Shown here: in pieces, positions 41,770 through 51,549 of the stretch
Layout: each line of letters begins with the position of its first letter
Numbering within the stretch: position 1 is the first letter of the stretch
Virus record (IMG/VR): IMGVR_UViG_3300049139_000233
Coordinates: 1 to 64,000 of that record
DNA from: a virus
Direction: 5' to 3' (one strand)
Length of the DNA stretch: 64,000 nucleotides
Notes under the pieces: model-generated
The model's database searches: none
The model's input: only the letters and a program-made list of their open reading frames with translations
What the model was told of the DNA's origin: nothing
Made by a program: the position numbers and the translations under genes

Positions 41770-42135
41770 TCAAGCGACGAGACGTCCGGGCGGGGAGACC
41801 TGTGCCGGCTGCGGCGCGGTGACGTTCGGCCGGGTGACGAACCACGCGACGATCAGCATCGCGGCGCCGACGACCTTCGCCTGCGTCTCGGAGTCCCACC
41901 CGAACCCGAAGTACGCAACGAGCGACACCCCGGCGACCACGAGGCCGTTCAGGGCGGCGATGATGCCGTCCCCCACCTGTACGGCGACGATGACGCCGAG
42001 AACGGCCGCGACGATGGCGGTGATGATGGACTGGAGCTGCGGGTCGAACCCGAGACCGAACGCGCTCAGGATCTGCCACACCGCGCCGACGGCCGCCATC
42101 CACACGGCCGGCTCCCGGCCGTAGACCTTGCCCAT
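41770..42135 (-). CDS. polytopic membrane protein (121 aa)
   Basis: Track ORF. GGAGGA 5 nt before the ATG. Three to four hydrophobic helices. Confidence 0.8.
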   Translation of the reverse strand: MGKVYGREPAVWMAAVGAVWQILSAFGLGFDPQLQSIITAIVAAVLGVIVAVQVGDGIIAALNGLVVAGVSLVAYFGFGWDSETQAKVVGAAMLIVAWFVTRPNVTAPQPAQVSPPGRLVA

Positions 42136-42150
42136 GATTCCTCCGTTGAC

Positions 42151-42432
42151 TCAGTGGTCGGGCCGGGCCAGGGCGCGGTCCAGCTTGTCCTCGATGCGTT
42201 CCAGGTCCCGGGCGTCGGCCGCGAACAGCCAGTGCTTCGCACCCATCAGCAGGACCGCCTGGAAAACAAGCTGGAACCACTCGCTCTGCCAGTTCTCGAA
42301 CGTCGCCGACCAGAATTCCGACCAGCCCTCTTGCCGGATCTTGGGCTGCATGGCGATGAGCTGGCCGGCCCACGACCCGGCGAACAGCAGGACGAGGATG
42401 TAGACCGCGCCCCAACGGCGGAAGTGACGCAC
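42151..42432 (-). CDS. membrane protein (93 aa)
   Basis: GTG at 42432 preceded by gggagggtcg. Two hydrophobic helices. Confidence 0.65.
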   Translation of the reverse strand: MRHFRRWGAVYILVLLFAGSWAGQLIAMQPKIRQEGWSEFWSATFENWQSEWFQLVFQAVLLMGAKHWLFAADARDLERIEDKLDRALARPDH

Positions 42433-42490
42433 CGACCCTCCCGAGGTAGACCCGGGCAGGGTAGGGCAGATCCGTCGATTCACCGACTCG

Positions 42491-42754
42491 TCACAGCAGC
42501 CCGCCGGTCGGCACGGTGACCGTGCTGGGCTTCCGCGCCGGCGGTGGGGCTGCGGCGGCCTTCGCGCACCAGGGGCACCGGTCCACCGGGGTGTGGTGGT
42601 GCTGCACGTGAACGGCCTGGCGGCAGATGCACCGGTCGCGGCCGAGGACGCGCACCGCCGCATCAGCGGCGGAGAGGACGGCCCGGGGGTCGGTGATGCC
42701 GTGCTCGCGCAGGGCCTGGGCTATGGAGGTGAGCAGGGGGTCGTCGTTCACCAT
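42491..42754 (-). CDS. hypothetical protein (87 aa)
   Basis: ATG at 42754 shares 1 nt with the upstream stop. C-terminal CxC ... CPWC. Confidence 0.65.
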   Translation of the reverse strand: MVNDDPLLTSIAQALREHGITDPRAVLSAADAAVRVLGRDRCICRQAVHVQHHHTPVDRCPWCAKAAAAPPPARKPSTVTVPTGGLL

Positions 42755-43008
42755 CACGCTCGCTCCTTCCACTCCCGGAAGTACGTGTCGGCGGCGTCCT
42801 CTTCACCGCTGTCCCGGTCCGGGTCCAGTCCGAGAGCAAGGGCGAGGGCGCGGCGCAGGCCGCTGACTTCCCCGGCGATTGTCAGCTTGACGTGGAGGTC
42901 AGCCCCGGCAGCGGAGCCGAATACAGATGACCTTTCGTACCGGTCCTGAACCTCGGCGATGTGCCTGCACAAGGCGTCGATGTACTCCGGGGGTGCGGCG
43001 TACGTCAT
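42754..43008 (-). CDS. hypothetical protein (84 aa)
   Basis: Internal ATG of track ORF 42754..43257, preceded by gaccaaggaatgaggagacc. Confidence 0.8.
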   Translation of the reverse strand: MTYAAPPEYIDALCRHIAEVQDRYERSSVFGSAAGADLHVKLTIAGEVSGLRRALALALGLDPDRDSGEEDAADTYFREWKERA

Positions 43009-43067
43009 GGTCTCCTCATTCCTTGGTCCGAGTGATTTGGTTAAGCCGTACCCGGTAAAACACTGTG

Positions 43068-44438
43068 TCACCCGATCGTCCGCGTAGCAGAGGCGAGGCC
43101 CCTGGACGACACCGTGCCGGTCACCGTCGGCTTCACGATCCGCTGGTGCCAGGCCGGCCAGACCATCGCGTCCAGCCGGTCCGGTGACCAGTCCAGCTCG
43201 TCGTACCAGGTGCAGAGCTGGTCTTCCAGTTCTTCGTACGTCCCGGCCATGTGCCAACGGCCCTGCTCGGTCAGGGCGCTCACCGGTTCCGCGCGGACCT
43301 TCTTGCCCCTGGTTGCGCGCACCACCTTGATGGGGATGTTGATGCCCATGGCGTCGGCGGCGGCCCGGATGGTGTTGACTGCCATGTCTCCGCCGAAGTT
43401 GACCTCCACGCAGATGTCGTCAGCCTCGTAGTCGATGGCCGCCTGCACCGCGCGCCGGCCCCAGCCGTCCGGCGACAGGCGGCAGGTGCGGTCGGCGAGC
43501 ACGTAGCCGTGGGCGAGGTTCACCTTCCGGCCGTCGGTCCGGACGTGCTCCAGCATCGCTTTGCCGTCCACGATGATGCCCTGTTCGCCCCGGCCGCCCG
43601 AGGGGTCCACGCCCACGGACTTGCGCACCATGTGCGGCAGGTCGCTGGGGCGCACACGCGTGGTGTCGAGCATCGCGCGGGTCCACAGCGCGTTCTCGTC
43701 CTGGTCGATGACCTCCGCGTACAGCTCCTGACGGCCGATCTGCGTACCGCCGTACGCGTCCTCCAGCGCAGTCCGGATGTCCTCGGGCAGGTGGGGGTTG
43801 TCGTACGTCGTCGCCCGGGTGACGACCGTGTTCGGTATCTCACCGGCCGTCAGCCGCTTGATGAGGGCACGCGGCTTGGGGGTGGTGGAGGCGACCCAGT
43901 GCGGGCGGGTCCCGGCGCGCAGACCGAAGCGCATCTGGTCCCACGTCTGGTCCAGGTACCTCCACGCCGCCAGCTCCTCGGCCCACACAACGCACCGGTT
44001 ACCGCCGGACCGCAGGCGTTCGACGTCCTCGGGTGAGTGCGACCCGAATACCTTCGCCTCGCTCCCGTTCGGCCAGCGGATGACTGTGCCGCCCTGCGCC
44101 GTGGTCATCCGCGCCTCGGGGCTGTGCACCCGAAGCCCGGAGGGCCCCGCGTAGCAGGACGTGACCGCGTCGCCGAGGGTCGGGGCGATGATGCCGACCC
44201 AGTGCGGGACGGGACCGGGCAGGCACGGCGGGCCCGTGACGTGCTCGTGGATGTACCGCGCGCAGGCGTCGGTCTTTCCGGCGCCGCGTCCGGCCATCAG
44301 CAGCCAGCCGTACCAGTCACCGGGCGGCGGGACCTGGTGGGGCAGCGGGGTCCATCGCGGCTCGGTCAGGGTGCGCGCGTGCATGAGCAGCTTCTCCGCC
44401 GCGCGGGTCCTCAGCCTCGCATCCACCATGCCGGTCAT
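43068..44438 (-). CDS. terminase large subunit (track start 44585)
   Basis: Walker A LMAGRGAGKTD, Walker B-like CVVWAEE, C-terminal nuclease-type region (VGVDPSGG.., NFGGDM). Start trimmed downstream of the hairpin 44556..44593. Confidence 0.85.
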   Translation of the reverse strand: MTGMVDARLRTRAAEKLLMHARTLTEPRWTPLPHQVPPPGDWYGWLLMAGRGAGKTDACARYIHEHVTGPPCLPGPVPHWVGIIAPTLGDAVTSCYAGPSGLRVHSPEARMTTAQGGTVIRWPNGSEAKVFGSHSPEDVERLRSGGNRCVVWAEELAAWRYLDQTWDQMRFGLRAGTRPHWVASTTPKPRALIKRLTAGEIPNTVVTRATTYDNPHLPEDIRTALEDAYGGTQIGRQELYAEVIDQDENALWTRAMLDTTRVRPSDLPHMVRKSVGVDPSGGRGEQGIIVDGKAMLEHVRTDGRKVNLAHGYVLADRTCRLSPDGWGRRAVQAAIDYEADDICVEVNFGGDMAVNTIRAAADAMGINIPIKVVRATRGKKVRAEPVSALTEQGRWHMAGTYEELEDQLCTWYDELDWSPDRLDAMVWPAWHQRIVKPTVTGTVSSRGLASATRTIG

Positions 44439-44555
44439 TGTCGGACGTCCCGGGCAGCGCGGTTTCCGGAGACGTGACGAGGCCCGCACAGGACGGGGGT
44501 GCCTGGCGGGCCTCGGTCTGCCGGTTGGAGTCAGCAGTGGTTCCGAGTGTACGCG

Positions 44556-44593
44556 GGAGAGCCCGTGCCGGGTCGTGGTCGGCACGGGCTCTC
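44556..44593 (-). terminator. GC hairpin after the hydrolase gene
   Basis: Stem ggagagcccgtgccg / cggcacgggctctc. Confidence 0.55.
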
Positions 44594-44670
44594 TGCGGCG
44601 GGCTACGGGGTGAGGCGGCCCCCGCTCCGGTCCTTGGCGCCGGCCCGCGCGGCCGTCTGCGGCGCCCTGC

Positions 44671-45726
<1,056 letters not shown>

Positions 45727-46551
45727 TCAGACGGTGGCCGGCTCGGGCAGCAGGCCGTGCTCGCGCGCCTTGCGCAGGGCGGCGGGCAGGCGTGAGCCCT
45801 TCTCCATCCACGCCACATCCAGGCGCCGGTACGCCTCGGACAGCCGGGTGGAGCAGGTGCCCCGGGCGAGGCCGAGGCGCTGCGCCGTCTCGGCGAGGGT
45901 GGCTCCGGACTCCATCTCCAGCAGCACCCTGGCCTGCGTGTCCGACAGCCGGACCTCGCTCTGCGGGCTGCGGGGGCGCGGCGGCGGCTCGCTGCGCAGG
46001 AGGCCGCGCATCCGGGCCTCACGCAGGGCCACCTCGCGGCGGACCGCAGGCGGGAGCTGGGAGACACCGAGTGCGGCGTAGGCCTCGGCGGTGAGGGTCT
46101 TCACGGTCCGGTGGCTGACGTTCCACGCCTGGCACACCTGCGCCTGTGTGCGCCCCGCGTCGAACGCGCGCAAGAGGCGTACGTGCGGCTCCGTGAGCCG
46201 GACCGGGCGGCGGGTGGCGGCGTCGGCTTCCATGCGTTCTCGGTTGCCTCGCTTGCAGGCGGCGCACACGGGCTCGTCTCGTTTGATGTGGCGCCGGTAG
46301 GCGGCGAGGAGCCCGCAGTCCTCGTACGGGCCGATGTGCCCGGCCAGCAGGCCGTCCCGGACGGCCTGCGCGGCGGTGGTCACACCCATCACCTCATAGA
46401 TCCGGGCGCAGGTTTTCCGTATGACGCTGGGCGCCCGGTTCGTCTTGCGGGCGATGTCCGCACAGGTGTGCCCGGTGGACAGCAGCCACAGGATGCGTCG
46501 TTGACCTTCCGTCAGGATGACGACCGGTGACGCGGAGTCCATGCGGACCAC
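45727..46551 (-). CDS. DNA-binding protein with three LuxR/GerE-type HTH repeats
   Basis: LTEGQRRILWLL..ADIARK.., LTEPHVRLLRAF..QAQVCQAW.., LSDTQARVLLEM..LAETAQRL... No receiver domain. Confidence 0.75.
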   Translation of the reverse strand: MVRMDSASPVVILTEGQRRILWLLSTGHTCADIARKTNRAPSVIRKTCARIYEVMGVTTAAQAVRDGLLAGHIGPYEDCGLLAAYRRHIKRDEPVCAACKRGNRERMEADAATRRPVRLTEPHVRLLRAFDAGRTQAQVCQAWNVSHRTVKTLTAEAYAALGVSQLPPAVRREVALREARMRGLLRSEPPPRPRSPQSEVRLSDTQARVLLEMESGATLAETAQRLGLARGTCSTRLSEAYRRLDVAWMEKGSRLPAALRKAREHGLLPEPATV

Positions 46552-46693
46552 CCCTTTCCGTAGATTGGAGTGGACCCCGGGTCACGTCCACTGACCCGGG
46601 GTCCTGTCGACCGGCACCGGCCCGGGGTCTCTCCTCCGGGTCCACCGGGACACTCATTTAGTTAAATCCCCGATCGGTGGTTTTGTTAAACCA

Positions 46694-47776
46694 TCACAGG
46701 CCCAGCCACAGCGGATGGTCCAGGGACCAGCGCACCGTGCGCTCCAGCGACTCCTCCAGCGGAACCGGAGGCTTCCAGCCGAGGGCGGCGAGCCGCGAGC
46801 CGTCCAGGGCGTAGCGCAGGTCGTGGCCGGGCCGCGAGGAGTGGAAGGACACCGGCTCGATGAGGTCGTCCACGATGGCCGGGTCCAGGCCCATCACGCG
46901 GCCGACCAGGTGCACCAGCTCCACGTTGTCGACTTCGCGCTCACCGACGATGTGGTACCGCTCGGGCCGGGTGAACGCCCCGTCGCTGTACCGCGCCGGG
47001 CCGGCGGCAATGCGGTACGTCTCCCCGCTCAGCGTCTGCACGTCGGGCGACCCCTCGGTGTACCGGCGCGTCAGGTGCAGCCAGGCGTCGGCGAGGTTGC
47101 GCGCGTGCAGGTAGAACCGGGAGCCCGGGGTGCCGTCGGGAGCGGTGTGCACCGTGACCGGCCGGCGATCGCGCAGCCGGCTGACGATCATGGGGAGGAA
47201 CTTCTCCCGGTCCTGCATCTCCCCGATGATGTTCATGGTGTTGGTGATGACGACCGGCACGTCGTAGGTCCGCCAGTAGCTGACCGCGATGGCCTCTTGG
47301 GCGGCCTTGGACGCGCTGTACGGGTTGGACGGCACGACCGGCTCCCACTCCGTGTGCCGGTGGTCGCCGTAGGCCGGGCCGTACACCTCGTCGGTGGACA
47401 TCTGGAGGAACACCCTCGGCCGGACGGACCGCGCGACCTCCAGGATGTTGAGCATCAGGGCGACGTTGTTCTGAACGAACGCTGCCGGGTCGGATATCGA
47501 CCGGTCGACGTGCGACTCGGAGGCGACGTTCATGATGACGTCGCAGCCCTCGAACTGGTGCAGGGTCAGCGGGTCGGCCGGCGCCCGCATGTCCCAGTGG
47601 ACGACGTGCACGCGTTCGGACCAGTCGGTGTCGCACACCGCCGACGCGATGCGCGCGGGGAGCCCCTTGTGCCGGAAGGACACCGGGCAGGTGATCTCCC
47701 AGTCCGTGTTCGCCAGCAGGTGGCGCAGGACGTGGCTACCGACGAAACCCGACGCGCCCGTGAGCAGGACGTGCAT
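46694..47776 (-). CDS. NAD-dependent sugar 4,6-dehydratase/epimerase (RmlB-like SDR)
   Basis: VLLTGASGFVGSH Rossmann motif, MSTDEVYG, YSASKAAQE (YxxxK). ATG preceded by cacggaacgaggagtggcc. Confidence 0.8.
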   Translation of the reverse strand: MHVLLTGASGFVGSHVLRHLLANTDWEITCPVSFRHKGLPARIASAVCDTDWSERVHVVHWDMRAPADPLTLHQFEGCDVIMNVASESHVDRSISDPAAFVQNNVALMLNILEVARSVRPRVFLQMSTDEVYGPAYGDHRHTEWEPVVPSNPYSASKAAQEAIAVSYWRTYDVPVVITNTMNIIGEMQDREKFLPMIVSRLRDRRPVTVHTAPDGTPGSRFYLHARNLADAWLHLTRRYTEGSPDVQTLSGETYRIAAGPARYSDGAFTRPERYHIVGEREVDNVELVHLVGRVMGLDPAIVDDLIEPVSFHSSRPGHDLRYALDGSRLAALGWKPPVPLEESLERTVRWSLDHPLWLGL

Positions 47777-47847
47777 GGCCACTCCTCGTTCCGTGGTCTG
47801 TGAGCGTGGCCGGATGGTAGCCAGGGACTCCGAAATCACCGAACGTG

Positions 47848-47882
47848 CAGAACCCGCCCGGTGCGGCGCCGGGCGGGTTCTG
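47848..47882 (-). terminator. GC hairpin
   Basis: Stem cagaacccgcccgg / ccgggcgggttctg. Confidence 0.55.
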
Positions 47883-47973
47883 AAGCGAGGCCGTGCGCAC
47901 GGGACAGATGAGCCGCGCGCCGCAGCGTCTGCCGCGTTGGTACCCGGTGCGGCGTCCGGCTACTCCCCGGCCG

Positions 47974-48450
47974 TCACCACGGGTGGATACACAGCTTGAA
48001 CTGCGCGTAAAGGATCTTGCGGGGCACCTTGTCGTTGTGGCGGACCATCACCCCGAGCGGCACCCCGCGCTTGACGCCGATCTCGTGGTGCTTGGTGAAC
48101 CACTGGTAGCCGCCGGTCGGGTACCGGTCGTCCCGCGCGGTGTCGTTGCGCGGGTCGGCAGTCAGCCCGAGCGGGTCCCGGATGAAGTGGTCCCTGATCT
48201 CGTTGTAGGTCCCGGCCTCCCACTGGAACTCCGCCGTCAGGTGCCCCCAGCCGTCGCACGACGGCCAGATGAGCCCGGACCGATCGTCGCCGCTGGCGGC
48301 CGTGATCCCGTCCGGCTGGAGGGGTTCGTGCATCCCGTACGGGTCGAACTGGTCCTCATCGAACGGGAACCTCAGCAGCGTGTCGGTGAGCGGCGGTATC
48401 TCCTGATCCGGCGATGCGGACAGCGAGCACACTTGCACGGTCACGGTCAC
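47974..48450 (-). CDS. hypothetical protein (158 aa)
   Basis: GTG at 48450 lies 7 nt after GGAGG. The upstream part of track ORF 47974..48927 is Arg/Gly/Pro shadow. Confidence 0.7.
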   Translation of the reverse strand: MTVTVQVCSLSASPDQEIPPLTDTLLRFPFDEDQFDPYGMHEPLQPDGITAASGDDRSGLIWPSCDGWGHLTAEFQWEAGTYNEIRDHFIRDPLGLTADPRNDTARDDRYPTGGYQWFTKHHEIGVKRGVPLGVMVRHNDKVPRKILYAQFKLCIHPW

Positions 48451-48452
48451 GG

Positions 48453-49097
48453 TCAGTCCTCCCGGGGTTCGTCGTCGGTCGTCTCGGACACCACTTCGCC
48501 CTCCAGCGTCCGCAGGTGCGCGCCGGCGGCCTCCAGCATCCGCTGCCGCTGCGCGGGCTCCAGCTCGACGGCGTTCGCACCGGCCAGGATCGCCTCCACC
48601 ACCACGGTGGTCTCCTCGTCCACCCGGCGGTCGAGCGCGATGGTCAGCCGCTCCGAGGAATCGGTGCCGTCGATCTTGGCCTGGCGTTCCTCGATGCGCA
48701 GCAGCCGGTCCACGGCCGCCAGCACCGGCGCGTCGTCCCGCAGGGGGTTGCCGTCGTCGTCGCGCACGATCTGGCCCGCGTGCAGCACGTAGTGCGGCCG
48801 GGCGAGGACCGCGTGGACCTGGCGGCGCAGGCCGTCCAGCCGCATCCGCGCCGCCTCGCGGTACTCCTCCAGCCCCATGGCCAGCTCGCGGTTCGCCTGC
48901 TTCAGCGCGCGAGAGACGTCCACGCACGCAGCGGCGGCCGACGGGTTGCCGTCGGAGTCCAGATAGTGCGGCGCCATCTGCTCGGCGACCTGCTGCCAGG
49001 ACAGGCCCCGGTTCTTCAGCTCGATGGCACGCGCCCGGCGCTGCGCCACCATCGCCCGGTGGCTCGGCTGGTGGCTGGGCGGATCACCCTTCGCCAT
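48453..49097 (-). CDS. terminase small subunit-like HTH protein (putative)
   Basis: RRARAIELKNRGLSWQQVAEQM HTH followed by a coiled coil, typical of actinophage TerS. It lies 4 kb from TerL. Confidence 0.5.
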   Translation of the reverse strand: MAKGDPPSHQPSHRAMVAQRRARAIELKNRGLSWQQVAEQMAPHYLDSDGNPSAAAACVDVSRALKQANRELAMGLEEYREAARMRLDGLRRQVHAVLARPHYVLHAGQIVRDDDGNPLRDDAPVLAAVDRLLRIEERQAKIDGTDSSERLTIALDRRVDEETTVVVEAILAGANAVELEPAQRQRMLEAAGAHLRTLEGEVVSETTDDEPRED

Positions 49098-49128
49098 AGT
49101 CCTTAGCCTCCCTAACAGTTAACGATGC

Positions 49129-49731
49129 TCACCAGCCCCGCCGGGCGCCGCGCGACGGAGTGCCGATGAGATCGAACAGGTCCGCGCGCTGCTGCGGGTC
49201 GTCCAGGAACACCCCGGTGTACGAAGCGGTGACCATCACCGCCCCCGGCTTCCGCGCACCCCGGTGGGCCAGGCACCCGTGCTCCGAGCGGATCACGCAG
49301 GCGGAGCCGAGGGTGTCCAGATGCTTGTCGAGTGCGTCGGTGACCTGCTTGGTGAGCTGTTCCTGCGTCTGGAGGCGCCGGGCGTAGACGTCCAGGACCC
49401 GGGGCAGCTTGGACAGACCTGCCACCCGCGCGCCCGGGGTGGGCAGGTAGGCGATGTCCGCCGTGCCCGTGAACGGCAGCAGGTGGTGCTCACAGACGGA
49501 CGTGAACTCCACCCCGGTCACCGCGATGGGCTGCCCGCCGCGCTCCACGTCGAAAGTGCGCTCCAGCAGCTCGCCGGCGTCCAGGGCGTAGCCGGCCGTG
49601 AACTCCTCCAGTGCCCGGAGCATACGGGCCGGCGTTCCGGCCAGGGCCTCGGAGTCGGGGTCCAGGCCCCGCCCGGCGAACCAGGTCCGCAGGCCGCTGA
49701 CGAACAGGTTGTGCGCGGTCGTCTCGCTCAT
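49129..49731 (-). CDS. folE: GTP cyclohydrolase I
   Basis: FTSVCEHHLLPF motif. 4-nt overlap with queE. Confidence 0.85.
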   Translation of the reverse strand: MSETTAHNLFVSGLRTWFAGRGLDPDSEALAGTPARMLRALEEFTAGYALDAGELLERTFDVERGGQPIAVTGVEFTSVCEHHLLPFTGTADIAYLPTPGARVAGLSKLPRVLDVYARRLQTQEQLTKQVTDALDKHLDTLGSACVIRSEHGCLAHRGARKPGAVMVTASYTGVFLDDPQQRADLFDLIGTPSRGARRGW

Positions 49732-50444
49732 CGGCCTCTCTCATCTCCCCACGCGTGGACGTGCAGGCGCGTGGTCACGTTGAATCCGGCTCGGATCGCG
49801 GGCTCCGCGATCTCGGACAGGTGGCGGGACAAGGTGGCGGAGTCCGTGCCCTCGGGCATGACCCACACCCGGCGGGCGGGGATCCCGTGTGCGGCCGTCA
49901 GCTCCACCGTTCCGGCGACGTCGCCGGCGTCGCGGCACACGACCTTGAACGCCGCCTTCCCCGTGGCGGCCAGGGCCTTGAGCGCCGTGCCGTTGACGCG
50001 CCGGTCCCCGGCGACCCCGGAGTGCGCCAGCTTGGGCGAGACGACGAACCGGGTCAGCAGCCGAGCCGTCTCCTCGCTCGGTTCCACCGTGCCGTTCGTC
50101 TCCGCCTCCACCCGGATCCCGGCGCCGGTCAGGCCGCGCAGAACAGCTCCCCAGCCCGGGTAGCCCTGCTGGAGCAGGGGTTCGCCCCCGGAGACGATGA
50201 CGAACCGGACTCCGGTGGCCAGCAGCCGGTCCACGATCATGTCCGCGTCCATGCGCCGCAGCTCAGCGCGCAGGTCGTGCCGCGAGGCGTCCCACGTCCA
50301 CGGGGTGTCACACCACGAGCAAGTGAGGTTGCAGCCGCCGAGCCGCAGGAACGCACACCGCTGGCCCAGCGTCGGGCCCTCGCCGGACACCGTCGGCCCG
50401 AAGATCTCCGAGACGACCAGGGACGGCCGCGCCGGCGCGGTCAC
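49728..50444 (-). CDS. queE: 7-carboxy-7-deazaguanine synthase (radical SAM)
   Basis: GEGPTLGQRCAFLRLGGCNLTCSWCDT cluster motif. Confidence 0.85.
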   Translation of the reverse strand: MTAPARPSLVVSEIFGPTVSGEGPTLGQRCAFLRLGGCNLTCSWCDTPWTWDASRHDLRAELRRMDADMIVDRLLATGVRFVIVSGGEPLLQQGYPGWGAVLRGLTGAGIRVEAETNGTVEPSEETARLLTRFVVSPKLAHSGVAGDRRVNGTALKALAATGKAAFKVVCRDAGDVAGTVELTAAHGIPARRVWVMPEGTDSATLSRHLSEIAEPAIRAGFNVTTRLHVHAWGDERGR

Positions 50445-50878
50445 GGTGACTCACCCGTCCAAGACGCCTCGTTGACGGCCGTCTCCCGCACGTCTACGTT
50501 CACCACGCGGGCGCCGTTGGCGTGGTCCACTGTGGCGAGGATCCCCGAGGCGACGGACGCCAGCAGCTCTGCTGTCGCCTCCACCGTCGGCCACGAGTCC
50601 TCGAACTCGAACACCTTGGAGCCCATCGAGCACAGCACGGGCAGCAGCGGGTCGGCAGTACCGAGCATCGCGCCGTGGTCCAGGTGGTGATCGATCCACT
50701 CGCGAACGGCGCGCTTGAACGCGCCGAACTCCACGACGATGCCGTCCGCGTTCAGGGCCGGGGCCGCCACGGTGATCTCCACCCACCAGGAGTGGCCGTG
50801 CAGGTTGAAGCACTTGCCGCCCAGCTCGGGCAGCCGGTGGGCGGTCTCGAAGTTGTGCCGGACCGTGACGCTGTTCAT
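50441..50878 (-). CDS. queD: 6-carboxy-5,6,7,8-tetrahydropterin synthase
   Basis: FETAHRLPELGGKCFNLHGHSW motif. Internal ATG of track ORF 50441..51370, with an ATGA overlap onto queC. Confidence 0.85.
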   Translation of the reverse strand: MNSVTVRHNFETAHRLPELGGKCFNLHGHSWWVEITVAAPALNADGIVVEFGAFKRAVREWIDHHLDHGAMLGTADPLLPVLCSMGSKVFEFEDSWPTVEATAELLASVASGILATVDHANGARVVNVDVRETAVNEASWTGESP

Positions 50879-51549
50879 GCCGCGTACTCCGTGGGGTCGG
50901 TGAGCCCGGCGTCGGCAAACGCCTCCTTGCGCTCGGTGCACGTCCCGCAGGTGCCGCAGTGCACGGCGCCACCCTTGTAGCAGGACCAGGACATGCCCAC
51001 CGGGGCGCCGATGCGCTCCGCGTAGGCGGCTATCTCCGTCTTCGTCATGCCGACGAACGGAGTGACGATCTGTGGGACGTGCAGACCCTTGAGCGCGACA
51101 GCCGCCAGCTCCCGCAGCGCGTCCACGAACTCGGGGCGGCAGTCCGGGTACACGGCGCGGTCGCCGGCGTGAATACCGAGGCCGATCAGCTCCGCGCCCC
51201 GGGCCGAGGCGACCCCCAGCGCGATGGACGCCATGATGGCGTTGCGGTTGGGCACTACGGTGGACTTCATCGACTCGTCCTCGTAGTGACCGTCCGGGAC
51301 GTCCACGGTCTCGTCGGTGAGGGAAGAGCCGGGCAGCAGCGGGGCGAGGGAGGACAGGTCCACCGTGCAATGCTCCGCGCCGAGGTAGCCGGCGATCCCG
51401 GCCGCCGCCTCCAGCTCCCGGGCTCGGTGCCGCTGGCCGTAGTTGAAGGACAGCAGCAGCAGGTCGTACTCCTTGCGCACGTAGTGTGCCGCCAGAGTCG
51501 TTGAGTCCATGCCCCCGGAGAACGAGAGCACGGCGAGCGGTTTGGTCAC
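50875..51549 (-). CDS. queC: 7-cyano-7-deazaguanine (preQ0) synthase
   Basis: VLSFSGGMDST PP-loop and C-terminal CGTCGTCTERKEAF zinc motif. Confidence 0.9.
   Translation of the reverse strand: MTKPLAVLSFSGGMDSTTLAAHYVRKEYDLLLLSFNYGQRHRARELEAAAGIAGYLGAEHCTVDLSSLAPLLPGSSLTDETVDVPDGHYEDESMKSTVVPNRNAIMASIALGVASARGAELIGLGIHAGDRAVYPDCRPEFVDALRELAAVALKGLHVPQIVTPFVGMTKTEIAAYAERIGAPVGMSWSCYKGGAVHCGTCGTCTERKEAFADAGLTDPTEYAA

Noticed and set aside
44439-44585. N-terminal extension of TerL to the first in-frame start at 44585
   Set aside because: The extension is Arg/Pro-rich and would begin inside the terminator hairpin 44556..44593. Comparable trimming was applied to 3621..4361, 25594..27459, 46694..47839 and 57994..62520, among others.
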